A DNA stretch of 63,542 bases, filler included, from Octopus bimaculoides (lineage: Eukaryota), in NCBI RefSeq assembly GCF_001194135.2. It is 6 parts of 5 records of this genome, joined end to end, with 100 filler letters (N's around TTAATTAATTAA, not from the genome) between each part and the next. Parts side by side here need not be neighbours in the genome. Positions count along the whole stretch, not along the records: positions 1 to 23,800 come from NC_068984.1; positions 23,901 to 30,498 come from NC_068986.1; 4 more parts are not named here. One strand, written 5' to 3'. Under the pieces are notes generated by a model. The model did no database searches, had not been told where the DNA came from, and worked only from the letters and a program-made list of their open reading frames with translations. A program made the position numbers and the translations under genes. Each line of letters starts with the position of its first letter. Within the stretch, counting starts at the first letter, position 1. Shown here piece after piece: positions 12,266-25,700 of the stretch.

Positions 12266-13719
12266 ATACCACATAACCTATTACAGATATTCTTAACTCA
12301 TATAGCAGATGCCCATCATTCTCAAGTCTTGTTTGAATTTTTATTTCATTGACTGATGATTTTCTTAGTTGTGAATGAAGCTGGTTTCAAAATCTCTGCT
12401 GCTTTCTGTTTGGGATTTCACCAATTAAAGACAAGGAATTTGATCTAGGGTTTGTTGATAGGTTAAATTTGGATTCTGTAGATCAGTGTCGAAGACTGTT
12501 GTGATACAATAATCTTAAAAGTTTACACCCCTCATTCCCTCAGAATTCTCTTGTATTATTCGCCAAGCAAGGATGCCTTGATTTGCTGAAAGTAGCAGTT
12601 AAATTTCCTTCATATCATGCCCTATTTTTTCGTATATGACACAACTCATTAGATAATATAATCATACATATCCTTAAAATGACAGGATGCCCACAACTAG
12701 AATGCTTTTGACATACATCTGTTCAATCAAGATTGACCTGGGGTTAAACAATAACTCTAATTATCAGAGAATGAAATAGGGGGAGAGCTGCTTTTGCTTT
12801 TTTTTTTCTTTCTTCTTTTTTACATATTTATTTATTTACTTGATGAATCAAGATTGTTTTTTTCATGTTAGATGGAAGTGGTGCTGTATGTTTTATGTGC
12901 ATTATAATTTGTTGTGGCTGGTTGTTAACTGCAATAACTGTTCTGTCTGCAATAAACATACACACATACTCTCTCTCTCTCTCCCTCTCTCACACACACT
13001 CTCACATGCACATAGACACATGCAGGCACTATTTATGTGTTATTGCTTAACCTTGAAACCACCCAAACAGTAAATTCCATCCTCTTGTAAATTATGCTAT
13101 AATCAAAAAGCAAATTAAATTTAAAAAATAAAACAAACAAAAATATAGCCATCAAATCCCTTTTCTCCTCCCTTAACTATTTATTTATTTCCATATCCCC
13201 TCCCACTTAATGTTACTCCCTACTGTAGTTTTTAACACTTTCTCTAACATCTGTAACAGATTAACAGAGATGGAAACTATAAAAAAAAGCATTGCAGCCA
13301 CCAGGACAAACATCTCACAGACACACCTCTAGACAATTGAAATGTCATCTGTTGTTCTGCTGCAGCATAGTGGTTTAGACAGTCGAAAAGGTTGTGTGAG
13401 GGTGATACGAATGTATTTTGTTTTCTTTCTTGAACATAAATTTATTTTTAAACACTAAACTTTAAATATTTTTGTTTTTATGGCTTCTCCTCTTTGTGTT
13501 ATATATTTCTTGAGTTTTTTTCCTTTGGTGTTTGAAAATTTATATCTGTCGAGAATGTTTGTTTTTGTTTATCTAACCCTCAAAATGATAATGCTTATGC
13601 AAAAAAATTGGTCTAATTGCTTTGTGGTAAGTAGCAAATGATAAAACTCATAATCTTTGATGACTGCTCTCACAGAGTGATAACCTTTACATGTACAATA
13701 TTACCCAAACTGCATCACA

Positions 13720-14230
13720 AAAAAAAGCAAAAAGACCCTGACAGTCCTCTTCAAGAACAGAAAAACTTGAGCTCTGATCACTTACTGATCTTCTACAAGG
13801 ATCAAATGTGACCAATCCACTTTAGAGTACCCTTCGCATACTGGGTCAGTGATGCTGCTACATGCACAAACATGCTAAAATACATTCAAAAGAAACCATT
13901 CACCTTATTGACAAAGATTCGCTTGCCAATGCTCTACAACCATTTGCTGATAGCAGTGGTTATACCATGTTTTTCTTTTCTTTGCACCTTGTATCGCTAC
14001 TGCAATGGTTTCTGCTCTTATGAACTAACCGGCTGTCTACTACTCTATCCAGGCCCAATTAATGCATTTGTCTCTTCTCCTCTCATCACTCCGCCCATTA
14101 AACTTTATATTTGACAATTTTACAATCATTCCACACCATATCATAGCTATTTGAAATTATCTTCTTTGTCCACATTTTATTCTACAGGGATCAAACATCA
14201 ATAAGTTCAATTTTGAACATTAATCTCGTC
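13720..14230 (+). mobile_element. Degenerate CR1/L2-group LINE 3' end
   Basis: Frame-shifted LLIFYK...RPxLEY-like motif, then IQKK..LID, LYRYCNGFCSYELT and a terminal FK..INK-like motif typical of the post-RT region. Confidence 0.55.
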
Positions 14231-14462
14231 CATCTCACCAATCTGGTTTGGTTTGCAAAGGTTATGGATGCTACCTTTCCTTCAACTAAATAAAATTTAT
14301 AAAAATCGCAGCTTTAATTTCATTGAGTTATGTTAAAGCTTTTATTCTAACTTACCTATTATCTGTCCTCTATTTGAACTTGGAATCTCTGATATTAAGC
14401 TTAATCTTAAAGACAGTTTTCAATATTCACTCTTAAAGACAGTTTTCAATATTCACTGACTT

Positions 14463-14669
14463 TAAGACGGTGAGCTGGCAGAATCATTACTAAGCTGGGT
14501 AAAATGCTTAGCGGCATTTTATGTGTCTACATTATGAATTCAAATTCCATCGAGATCAACTTTTCATCCTTTCAAGGTCAATAAAATAAATACCAGTCAA
14601 GTACTGGAGTCAATGTAACTGACTAGCACTTTACTCCAAACTTGCTAGCCTTGTAACAAAATTTGATAC
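14463..14669 (+). mobile_element. SINE family B with 16-bp TSD
   Basis: TSD caatattcactgactt at 14447-14462 and 14670-14685; full head-to-tail family B sequence. Confidence 0.85.
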
Positions 14670-16278
14670 CAATATTCACTGACTTCAGATATTTAGGAGA
14701 AAATGAAAGAACAGCATTTTCTTTGTGACCTAGTTTTACATCTAAATTGGAACCACTTTACTCATATTTTCTTTTCTTTGGGCCAAGATATGCATATTCT
14801 ATGTATACATCTTCTCCTTCTCGTAAATCTGTGGGCAAATGTCTAAAAAAAAGTGCTTATCTGAGAATTACTTATCATACATTCTATGTACACAATATCT
14901 ATTACCATAATTTAATATGTTTATGAATTATCAGAGATTGGCTGATGAGTCTGCTAAATGAAATAAGGATGATCTTTTAAAGCCTAAAGCTAGGTTTTAT
15001 AAAGAAACAACTGTAAGTGATTAAATCAAGAGTAAATTAACTTTGATATATTACTGGTATATACATTTTTTGTTTTTGCTGTTTAGTCCAGATTAGTCAT
15101 GTTCAAGCTGACCTATAATCAACGTACTAGCTTTGACCATTCCATCTTTTTTGTGTACCAGGAACTATATTGTCTATTGTACCTTCCTTTATTTAAGATG
15201 AATAGATAGGATTTGAAGGTAATTCAGTTGCTATTTCTGTCAAACAACCATATAGAGGGTACCACATTGGCTTGGCTGGTATATGCTTTATTGACTACAG
15301 AGAAATGGGGAACAAATTCAATCTTGTCACAGATTGAACTCCACAAACAAAATTCATTGAAACATTTATTGTGGTATGCAGTGTATCAGCTGTTTCTATT
15401 GCTTATCAAATGAGAAAATAATATATCCCTTATTTTAATGTAGTCTCTTATAATGAAGAATCTTGTGCCGTGATTCTTCCATCAAAATATATCCTCTGCT
15501 CTGTATTTCATATCATTATGATACATTGCCCAAGTAATAATTAAAACCTTTCTTTGACTTAGTTTTATCAGTTTCTGCTTTCACTACTTTAATTGCTTAT
15601 GTTACTGATTAACTTGAGATTTTGTTTCATAACCAAAATCAACAGTTATTCATATTCAACAAAGTCTTTTGTTTTTGTTGTTGTTGTTGTTTCTTATCTA
15701 TTGAATTATTGAATAAATAAGGCAAATTAATATTTACAACATTTACTTCTACTGATTTTGTTAAAGATATTACTTATAAGTATATACTGTATCATAATTG
15801 ATGCAATATCTGATATTGAAATATCTTTTCTAAGACAGACTTTAAAATAAATCTATGTTAGTTGATGTCAACCTTTAGACAAGTGTTGGCTACCTTTGTA
15901 ATATTAGGTCTCTCTTCACTAAGAGCAAGAATATAACTTGGTTTTCTTTTATTTTTGAGCCCTACATGCTATTGACATTCTAATGTGATGCTGTTGCTGA
16001 TGTTTAGTCTCTGGTGAGTACTGATCTAGCAGACCTATGACCAAAAGCATTCTAATCATTCCATAGCATCCCATCATTTTCCAATGTTCAGAGAATTCAA
16101 GATCACATTATCCAATGTATTCTTTTCTAAAATGGTAAGACATGATTTGAAGGAGATTTGGCACCTATTTCTAGCAGGTCAAGTAATCATATAGATATTT
16201 CCCACATCAGTTCACTATGCTTATATTGGTATGTATTTATGAAAATATTAACTGTTGAAGGTTTCTCTTCTATTACAG

Positions 16279-16379
16279 GTTCAAGTACGAACAGTGTTTC
16301 AGTGTACATGGCCAGGCTGTTGTAAAACACACAGTACATGTGCTGGTATTGAGAAACACGTACGGATAAAACATCTCAG
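16279..16379 (+). CDS. ZNF704: Internal coding exon (C2H2 zinc finger) of a ZNF704/ZNF395/SLC2A4RG (Glut4EF)-family transcription factor
   Basis: Acceptor tttctcttctattacag and donor gttagt flank a 101-nt exon reading VQVRTVFQCTWPGCCKTHSTCAGIEKHVRIKHL(R). The F-x-C-x-W-x-x-C ... GI-x-x-H-(V/I)-x-x-x-HL single finger is characteristic of the ZNF395/ZNF704/SLC2A4RG family (from memory of the family). The symbol is family-level. No other exons were found in the window. Confidence 0.8.
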
Positions 16380-19300
16380 GTTAGTTATGTTGTTCTTTAG
16401 AATATTATTTTGGTTTTTGTTTAACCATCCAGTGTTCAGTTTCCATAACAAGACCTCTTCTCATATACAAATGTATCCCAACTGTGTGTGTGTGTGTGTG
16501 TGAATAGAACAGATAAGTGGGGTGAGAGAGAAAAGAATATAATATTCTTTTACGTGTTTGTCATTAGGCTGCAGCCATACTGAGGTATGGTGTCAGAGGA
16601 CCTGCCCCTTCTGCCAGATGAAACCAATAAAAAAAAATGTCTTCTACCTAGAGCTGAGGGCAAACTAACAAGCCCTCTGATGGACCTTGTTCATTTGTTT
16701 TACTTTTTTTTTTTTCTATACTGCATGAATTATCTGGATACTTATTTAAGATTAAAAGATCTACAACTATCCTGGTCTAAGAATTCAACATGCTTTAAGC
16801 ATAAAATGCTATTTTGCTGTTATTCTTTGACTGGAAGGTTCTAATGCTTATTTCACCATTAGTTTGTAAAAGCATTTTTTACACATTTCAAGAAAAGCAG
16901 AAATTTGTGAATTCTAAAGATAAATCTACTATGAAATCATCTATCTAGGTTTCTGCTTAAGAGGTGAGGATCACTTTAGAAGGAGCATTTAGGGGAGAGG
17001 ATATAAAGGATTTCACTATACATTACTATTTAGGAAAAAAAAATAACTATGTATACTGTAACATTGTTTGGTTAAGAAAATAGCTCTGACAAACATGCTT
17101 TTTAGTTTTGTAAGTAGCAACTTTTTTCAGTAGAAATATTAATGCAATCTATTTTACAAAATAGTTTGCAAAATGTTTATACTGTTTTATCTTTATTGTC
17201 ATTCTTTACAATTTAAGAATATTTATAAATTATATATCAGATATATGAGATAATATATGATAATATAACAGATGAATGGCTTGGGTCAAAAGCCTTTGTG
17301 TTGCTTATTAAAAAAGTTAATTGATTTTTGAGCTGGAAATAGCTGGCTGTTATCCTTACAATAACTTAACATCAGTGCATAGAAATGAGATTTGGTAATA
17401 GACTTTGCCAAGTCTGAAATGTTTCTTTCCTTTTGACTAATAAATGGTTTGATTATCTTCTCTGCTTCATGTAGCTTGTACAACCAAGATAAATGAAGCA
17501 ACTTTAACAGTTTCTAGTTGTAATATGCCAATATTCCATATTCCACTCAAGAAGTCTATGTTATATGAAGTGGAGTTTGTAATCCCTGGTGAGAGAGAAT
17601 ACTGGCACTTTAAGCAAGGCTCATTATGAAAGAGAGAGAGAGAAAAAAGTTATCACTCCAATAAAGGACTTTACTTGAGACTCTACAACTATTACGGTTC
17701 TCATCTCTCCGTGGCATACAAATTTCACTGAATAGTTTTCTCATACAAACCACCACTGGTATACTCTTCCTATCCAACATTTTTTGTCAAAGTCTGCTGG
17801 AAAATGCTTTGTTTTCTTACCTGTAATTTGATTGATAACTTGCTTTAATTTATTGGTAGCTTGCTTACTACACCTGCAATACTTGTGATAACTACACCAT
17901 ACCTTTTAACTACATTCATTTTATTAGGGTGTTTAACCATATCATGTGTACATTTATAAGAAGCCAAGTAAGTTATTAATTTTGTAAATGTCCAAAATAT
18001 TCTCATCCTATTCTACTGATACTTTAGCCAACTTTAAAAATTTGTCTAACCAACAACTAAGCTAAAACCGATGTAATGAATGGACAGAAATCTTTAAACT
18101 TTATAGTCTAAATGATTTTAACATTATTTAGTTTTATTTTTTTATCTTGCCATTCATTCATTCATTCATTCATTTTATACCTCTGGGATTAATAAAATAT
18201 CTATCAGTTGTCTTCTGGGGATTTATTCAGGTAGCAGTATCTCTCCTGCCCCTTGCTAATTTGTGGCTTTGTGGCAGTGTTAGAAATCCAATCATTATCA
18301 TTATTTATCAGCTAGTACTGATAAATAATATGACAGATGCACCACATATCCTATTCTACTAAAACTCATCTAAAATATGCTATACATTATTGTAAAATCT
18401 TTCTTGAAGTCTGTTCCAAGATAGCAGTTTACTAGTGCTTATTCATAAACTGTAAATTACAACATCTATATTGTCATAATCCATGAATGTAGCTTTCCTT
18501 GTTTAGTCATAATCCATGAATGAATGTTTCCATCTTTAGTAATGACTTATGAGTGAAAGTTTCTGTTTGATATAATCTATGAAAGAAGATTTCTATGTTT
18601 AGTCATAATCAATGAGTGTAGGTTTCTATGTTTAGTTATAACCCATAAATGACAATTCCTATGTTTTCAAATATGTGGAATGGAAACAGATAAGTGGATA
18701 AAGCAACAGACTTAGATTATTATTTCATAATCTCTCTGAAGGTATTTTGATCTGACCCTTAAGATTAGTTTACTTCAGTTGAACAAGCTAGAGAATATCT
18801 GTTGGAACTGCTAGAAAAATCTACCTGTAATAGACTAGTTTCTTCTAATTTGGGTTATATTTTTTTCTCTCTTACTTAGTATGACAGGAATTAAAGCTAA
18901 GTGCTATCCAGGTTAACTGCTATGGTTTTTAACTGATAAGAGAGAGATTATGGCACCAGAAAGATTGTTACAAGTTTTGAAGTTCAACAAACTCAGTCAC
19001 TTACACATAGTATAAGTATTTGAAGAATGATAATTGAAAATTTTTGATTCCAGCACACATTTGCTCTTTCCTGCAAAACATTTGCTGACCTACTTTCTGA
19101 TGGACATTTTTAATAAGTTCCCCAGCATTTAGATATTTTTCAACATTGGGAAATGTCATATTTTCATATTACTTTATTTTTTTATTTATTGTGTTTCATT
19201 ACAAAACATGAAAAAAAAAATATTAAAAGCAAACAATAACTTGCAGGAAAGACCAACAATTCCAGTGTTTCATGCTGCATGTGACATTTTCCTTTTGGCA

Positions 19301-20154
19301 AAAAGTTGCAACTCAACACATAGAGGGAATGTTACAATCAAGTATTTAATTTGCTTTGTGTACAAAAAAAAAAAAAGCAATTGTTTGGTATTGATTTACA
19401 GAGTTACTACTTTTGTTTTAATTAACAAATTACTAATTAAAGAGGAAAAAAACTACTATTAAAAAGTAACACTTTGAAGAACAAAAACAAAATGCTGTCA
19501 AGTGTTTGCTGTTTGCTGATATCTCTTCTCATGTTAAAAAATTTCTAATTTATTTCTGTAGCTCTGAAATGTTGTTTAATATATTTTATTGACACTACAA
19601 CACATAGTTATTATCTTTCAGAGGACAACACCACTCTAAGTGGCTAAATGGTTGGGTTTCCAGTCTACTAAATTAAAACTGAAATGATCAAAATGATTAC
19701 GTGTAATATCTTGTTCTCTTTAGACAAAGCTTATTGTTCTAGTTACCTAAATTGAAAGAGAGTCTCCTCTTTGATCCTGCATTCAAATATCTATGGAGTT
19801 ATTTAGTTCAATTTTGGTCTTGCTTGAGCAGACTCATGATCAAAGACACTCCAGCTGTGACTATTCCATTTCACTTTTCAGGCATTGTGAACCCCCAGAC
19901 TACATAGTTCGATACGGTTTCTCTCTTTTTCTATTTTTAAGATGGTAATGTTTGATTTCAGGCAGATTTAGCTTCTATTTCTAGCAGAACGAGCAGCCAC
20001 ATAGAAACTTCCTCTTTGGCTAATATAAAATTATCTATGATCTGCCTAATTTAGAAGTTACTTATTCATTTTAATAATATAATAATAAAATTATTGTGTA
20101 TAGTGCTCAGGTGCACTACAACCCATCAAAAGTGCATGTATAGTATATAGAATT

Positions 20155-20712
20155 ATGTACAAAAGTTAGGAAACTGAACAGTGTATGAGTCATGATATAC
20201 ATGTGTACATGTATACGGAGCAGGGGATATCAGGTGTAGTGTTGGTGAATTTCAGGAAGCATGGAGGTTTTAAAGGATGCAATGTCTTGGCAACTAACAA
20301 CTGATGCAGATAGCTTGTTCCATGCTTCAGCAACTCTGTGTGTGAAAAAATGTTTCTGATAGTCATGGGAGCTGTTCTGTTTTTTGACTTTGTAGGCATG
20401 CCCATGTGTGTTAGACACATGGAGCTCAAAAAGGTGTTCAAGGTGGTTGTTAGCACAATGGTTAATTATTATGTGGGTGTTTACTTAGTCAGTTGCCACA
20501 TGTTGGAGTGTCAATGTAACTATGGCCAGGGAAGCAAGGCATTCAGAGTATGGTAGATGCCTCATGGAGGGTATTCACTTGGTTGTATGTCTCTGAACAG
20601 TTTCCAGGAGGTCAATGTCCTGAACAAAATAGGGGTTCCAGATTGGTGATGCAAATTCCAAGTGTAGCTGCACCATAGTCATATACAGCCTTAAATAGAT
20701 AGCTGGAGTGCA
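20155..20712 (-). mobile_element. CR1-clade LINE 3' end
   Basis: HGHAYKVKKQNSSHDYQKHFFTHRVAEAWNKLSASVVSCQDIASFK; reverse-complement homologue of 33290-33868. Confidence 0.85.
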
Positions 20713-22024
20713 GAACTAATATCACACATCCTCATATTTTTACAGTAATAACATGTTTCAGCTTTGAATTGTAGAACAGAATGATCTCAATAGATGTAGA
20801 ATGACCATGGCAATAAAATTACTCAGATGACTAAGTTTGAACCCAGTGCTTTATATTAATTAAATTGTTAGCATTGGGATAAAAATGCAGATCTGAAACA
20901 CTTGCTTTAGCAATTTATAAAACTTGAAAATTTGCAAAATAAAACCTAAACCCTATGTTGCCAAGTAGAGGGGTGATCAATGTAAAAATTCTTTCTTAAA
21001 AAATAAATATCAGCTATTTAGATAATTTGAGATATTGAGAGTTGAACCAGTTGGTTACTGTGCAACCTACAGAGGTCAGTGATTTATGTTACTATCACTG
21101 TTGTCCTTGACCAACATACTTAACTCTCAACAGCTGATTCTACCTCTAAGTGGGTACCATTGGTAGCATAATTCACTGCTATAAGTAATAGCAGCAGCAG
21201 TAGCAGCAATATTATGGTAATGGTAAGTAATGCATTAGCTTGCAGTGCTGAGTGAAATTACTACTATATGAAAAGTTACCTGCATCATGAGGAAATTTGT
21301 TTCCTGTTGTGTAACAGTACAATGATCTGCTGACTATCCTATCACTTACCTGTTAAATACCTAATAAATCAAAACTAGTGATACACTAATTTTCTGCACT
21401 GTTATATTTGTTATACACAATAAATTCCAAGATATATTTTACTGATGCTCTAGGATGTATCAACTAGGATGTTCTTGGGCTTGTAGTATCTTCTAACATC
21501 AATCCCTCTCACCCAGTTGACCTAACCAGGATTGATCTAGTCCCAACTTGAATCCTAACAGCAATAATTCATGAGTCTGCTCACTTTATCCAAAGCTATC
21601 TAGTGACTTTTTCTGTATTTTCCGCAATGGAATGTATACCCTCACCACCTCATTGCATCACTTCAAATGTACTTAGAGTTTTTCAGAATGACTGCCCCAC
21701 AAAACACTGGCAACCTACTTGGCTTCTGCACTGCTCTACAAGCTTCTTCTATGAGTTTCTTCTATGTGCTCTTCCCAGGACATAGTCAGTTTCTACATGA
21801 TTGGTGGAATCTGAGAAGATGACCAGGCAGCATGTCATTGGTATGATGTGCTTCTAGAACTTGGATTGCTTAGCAATATCTTCTGCTAGTTTCCAGACCA
21901 GGGATGTGGAAAGTAGCCATGGTCACATTGTCGTTTCATTGACTACAAGTCATCTATTCAGTACCAATAAACCAAAACTAGTGATAGACTCTGTAACTTA
22001 GCTATACTTATCTTTTATCTTTTA

Positions 22025-22160
22025 CTTGTTTTAGTCATTTGACTGCGGCCATACTGAGACACCACCTTGAATGACTTTAGTCAAACAAGTTGACCCTAAG
22101 ATTTTTTTTAAAGCCTAGTACTTATTCTATCAGTCTTTTTTGCTGAACCACTAAGTTACA
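22025..22160 (-). mobile_element. SINE family A 3' fragment
   Basis: tttacttgttttagtcatttgactgcggccat...tacttattctatcagtcttttttgctgaaccactaagttac is the reverse complement of the family A tail. Confidence 0.7.
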
Positions 22161-23569
22161 TACAATGAATTCGTTAGGTAGCCACATTTATTGCAATATT
22201 ATAGTAACAGCTGTATCATTTCTACATAATCCAAATAGATGTGTTTAAGAGGTTTGCTTACATGGTTTTAGATTCTATCCCTCTGCATGCCACCTTGGAA
22301 AGGTATTTTATATCCTATCAATGAAGTGAACTGAGTTACTGACTCAAAAATATTTTGGAGATATTTTAGTTCTTTTAAGATATCAGCCATATATTACAGT
22401 TAAATTTTGTATTAGAGTTCTGAAACAGGCCATCATAATCTAAAGAAATGTCCCTAATAATGCAATATTCAACTAATTTGTTTTAATGTATCTTTCAGTT
22501 TTTTTATATTTTTTTTTTATAGATTATTTCAGCTCTCCCCGCCTTTGTTTCATTATCAAGCTAGAGAAAAATCATTTAAATTACACATGTATGAAATCTG
22601 GTTTCCATTACCAATGTTAATCTCATATCATTAAATCAATATTTTATACCAATGAGAGAGCCTCTACAAGGTCACTCGATCTCCTAGGAACAACAGTCAA
22701 GCCATACCTTCATAAAGAAAGATACAGTGAAACATTGAGCAATGATACACAAAAAGACATGTTGGTCATAGATGAATGACTTTCATCATAGGTCTACTGG
22801 AACAGGGCTGACTTGGAGGTGAACAACAGCAACATGCATTTGTTTACGTAGATTTGCGACTGTTGTTTAAATTCATTTAGTGTACAAGTGGATATGACTT
22901 AGCAAGTAAGGTATCAAATTACCAATTCTTAAGTTGTGAGTTTAATTCCATTTGCAGTCAAGTTGTGTGTTTTAGCAATTGTAAACATATCAGTTTATAG
23001 TGTCGGATGACTTACTGTGGCTGTCACTTTATTTAGCTGTTGAGATTATTTGCTGATGATATGTGCAGTTAGCTGGAATCCTATTCACTCACATAGTTTA
23101 GTTAATATTAAGATATTTGTTACTATGAATGTCTAAAAGCTATTAAAACTACTTATGTTGTAAGATATTAAACTAATATTAGTTTTGATCATTTCAACAA
23201 GTGCAGCAGACAACTCAGGATATGTTTCAGTTTTATTGAATCTCTTCAGATATAGATTTATCCCTCATTTACTTAAAGCTGTGAAGCAGCAGCCCTTGAG
23301 AATTATTGTTGTTTAGTCCAAGATCAAACAATAATTTGGTCATAAGTGCATTCCCCTATGACCAAAGACTTTCTGGCCATGACCAATGTATCTTGTTCTC
23401 AGGAATGTTGTTTCTAGGACTACATAATTCAAGGTTTCCTTCACTTTCTAATGCAACAGATTGTAATTAGTAGGAGATTTGATTGTTATTTCTAGCAGGT
23501 TGAACAGCCACATAAATACTACCAAGTTTCTTTTTAACAAGAGATGTTCTAAAAGTATTTTTATTGTTT

Positions 23570-23800
23570 GAGCAGGATCGTTGCCAGTGCCCCTGGACTG
23601 GCTCATGTGCGGGCGACACATGAAATCTTTCGAGCGGGATCATTGCCAGTGCCCCTGGACTGGCTCATGTGCGGGTGACACATGAAATGTTTGAGCGGGT
23701 TCGTTGCCAGTGCCCCTGGACTGGCTCATGTGCGGGCGACGCCCCTGGGCCGGCTCTTGTGCGGGTGACACAGGAGGTTTTTCGAGCGGGATCGTTGCCG
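23570..23800. repeat. GC-rich ~60-bp minisatellite (about 4 imperfect units, runs into a gap)
   Basis: Unit gagcgggatcgttgccagtgcccctggactggctcatgtgcgggYgacacatgaaat. Confidence 0.85.
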
Positions 23801-23900
23801 NNNNNNNNNNNNNNNNNNNNNNNNNNNNNNNNNNNNNNNNNNNNTTAATTAATTAANNNNNNNNNNNNNNNNNNNNNNNNNNNNNNNNNNNNNNNNNNNN
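23801..23900. other. Assembly placeholder gap N44-TTAATTAATTAA-N44 (also centred at 30543, 38409, 52585, 62309)
   Basis: The same 12-mer is centred in five gaps of about 100 nt, which marks it as an artificial gap spacer. Confidence 0.9.
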
Positions 23901-24009
23901 TATATATGCATATACATATATACATAAACATACATATGTACATTTATATATATATATATATATATACATATTCATATATACATATATACACGTATATACA
24001 TACAAACAC

Positions 24010-24492
24010 GTGCTTTGCCAAGGGCGGTGTGGATAGTGGTGAGGAGATATCCATATAGGATGAAATAGCGAGCCATGAGTTGAGTCTCAAAGTCATGGTT
24101 GTAACTGCAGAGCCTGAGTAGACGGAGGAATTGGGAAAAGGGGATGGAGAACTTGATGTGTTTAGGGTGGGAGAAGGAGAAGTTGAGGTATAAATGCGAG
24201 TCTGTATGTTTGTAGAGGATGGAGGTGGTGAAATGTCGAGAAAGGCGACTGAGATGTCGAAAATTGTGTAGGACAGATGGAAAGATTTTACGAAAGAGGG
24301 GAAGGAGTCTAGAGGTTCAGGGCGAGTGAAGTCGCACAGATACAGTCGTCAAAATAACGACCGTATACTTCAGGAGTGGGGCTAATGAAACTTCAGAATA
24401 TTTGGGCCTCAACGTAGCCAGCGAATAGGTTCGTATAGTTAGTGCCCATTCTCATTCCTATGCCACTCCCGAGAACTGCTGGTAAAAATCAC
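24010..24492 (-). mobile_element. Penelope-like element reverse transcriptase fragment
   Basis: With frameshifts, the minus strand gives GDFYQQ..GVA.GMRMG.NY.NLFAGYVE...GRYFDDCI...VAFLDI...YKHTDSHLYLNFSFSHPKHIKFSIPFSQFLRL.RLCS, the PLE RT core and C-terminal motifs. Confidence 0.85.
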
Positions 24493-25489
24493 CCGCGAAT
24501 GAGAAACAGTTGTGATACACATATATACATACATACATACATACATATATATATATATATANNNNNNNNNNNNNNNNNNNNNNNNNNNNNNNNNNNNNNN
24601 NNNNNNNNNNNNNNNNNNNNNNNNNNNNNNNNNNNNNNNNNNNNNNNNNNNNNNNNNNNNNNNNNNNNNNNNNNNNNNNNNNNNNNNNNNNNNNNNNNNN
24701 NNNNNNNNNNNNNNNNNNNNNNNNNNNNNNNNNNNNNNNNNNNNNNNNNNNNNNNNNNNNNNNNNNNNNNNNNNNNNNNNNNNNNNNNNNNNNNNNNNNN
24801 NNNNNNNNNNNNNNNNNNNNNNNNNNNNNNNNNNNNNNNNNNNNNNNNNNNNNNNNNNNNNNNNNNNNNNNNNNNNNNNNNNNNNNNNNNNNNNNNNNNN
24901 NNNNNNNNNNNNNNNNNNNNNNNNNNNNNNNNNNNNNNNNNNNNNNNNNNNNNNNNNNNNNNNNNNNNNNNNNNNNNNNNNNNNNNNNNNNNNNNNNNNN
25001 NNNNNNNNNNNNNNNNNNNNNNNNNNNNNNNNNNNNNNNNNNNNNNNNNNNNNNNNNNNNNATATATAGTTTTAGGGAAACGAACCAAGTTTCATGAACT
25101 CATCGATAAAAATCCACTATCACATCTAGAAAAATTAACAATTAAAAGCACAATAAGTGAGTATAATACAATGCAAAGTAAATATCATAACATAAAGATA
25201 ATAAAATGACTACACGTGTTTCATAACTAATTTTCAAATAGAAAGGAAATTTAAATCGATTAAAATCAATTAAAATTATCGAAAATAAATTCTATTCAAA
25301 AATACAGTTAATCGTTAGGTCGTAAATAGAACAATAATTATAATAAATAAATATATATATCAACCAGCAATAAGTACCAAATGAATTTATATAAAATACT
25401 TATTTTATAAAGATAGAAAAAGTATTAAAAATATCAAAATAATAAACATTCCATAATCATCCATACATCCATTATAATATATATATATT

Positions 25490-25700
25490 TCTTTATTGCC
25501 CAAAGGAGGCTAATCATAGAGGGGACAAACAAGGACAGTCAAAGGGATTAAGTCGATAACATCGCCCCCAGTGCGCAACTGGTACTTATTTAATCGACCA
25601 CAAAAGGATGAATGGCAAAGTCAACCTCGGCGGAATTTGAATTCTGAGTGTAACGGCAGACGAAATACCGTTAAGCACTTCGCCCGACGTGCTAAAGTTT
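25490..25700 (-). mobile_element. SINE family B (CpG-intact copy)
   Basis: atttctttattgccc...ggtacttatttaatcgacc...aaagtcaacctcggcggaatttga...cttcgcccgacgtgctaa. Confidence 0.85.

Noticed and set aside
21350-21360. 11-nt minus-strand micro-exon (tttattag|GTATTTAACAG|gtaagt)
   Set aside because: Such short motifs arise by chance in 63 kb of AT-rich DNA, and there is no supporting gene model.
23845-23856. TTAATTAATTAA motif recurring five times
   Set aside because: It always sits in the centre of an N gap of about 100 nt; it is an assembly spacer, not biology.
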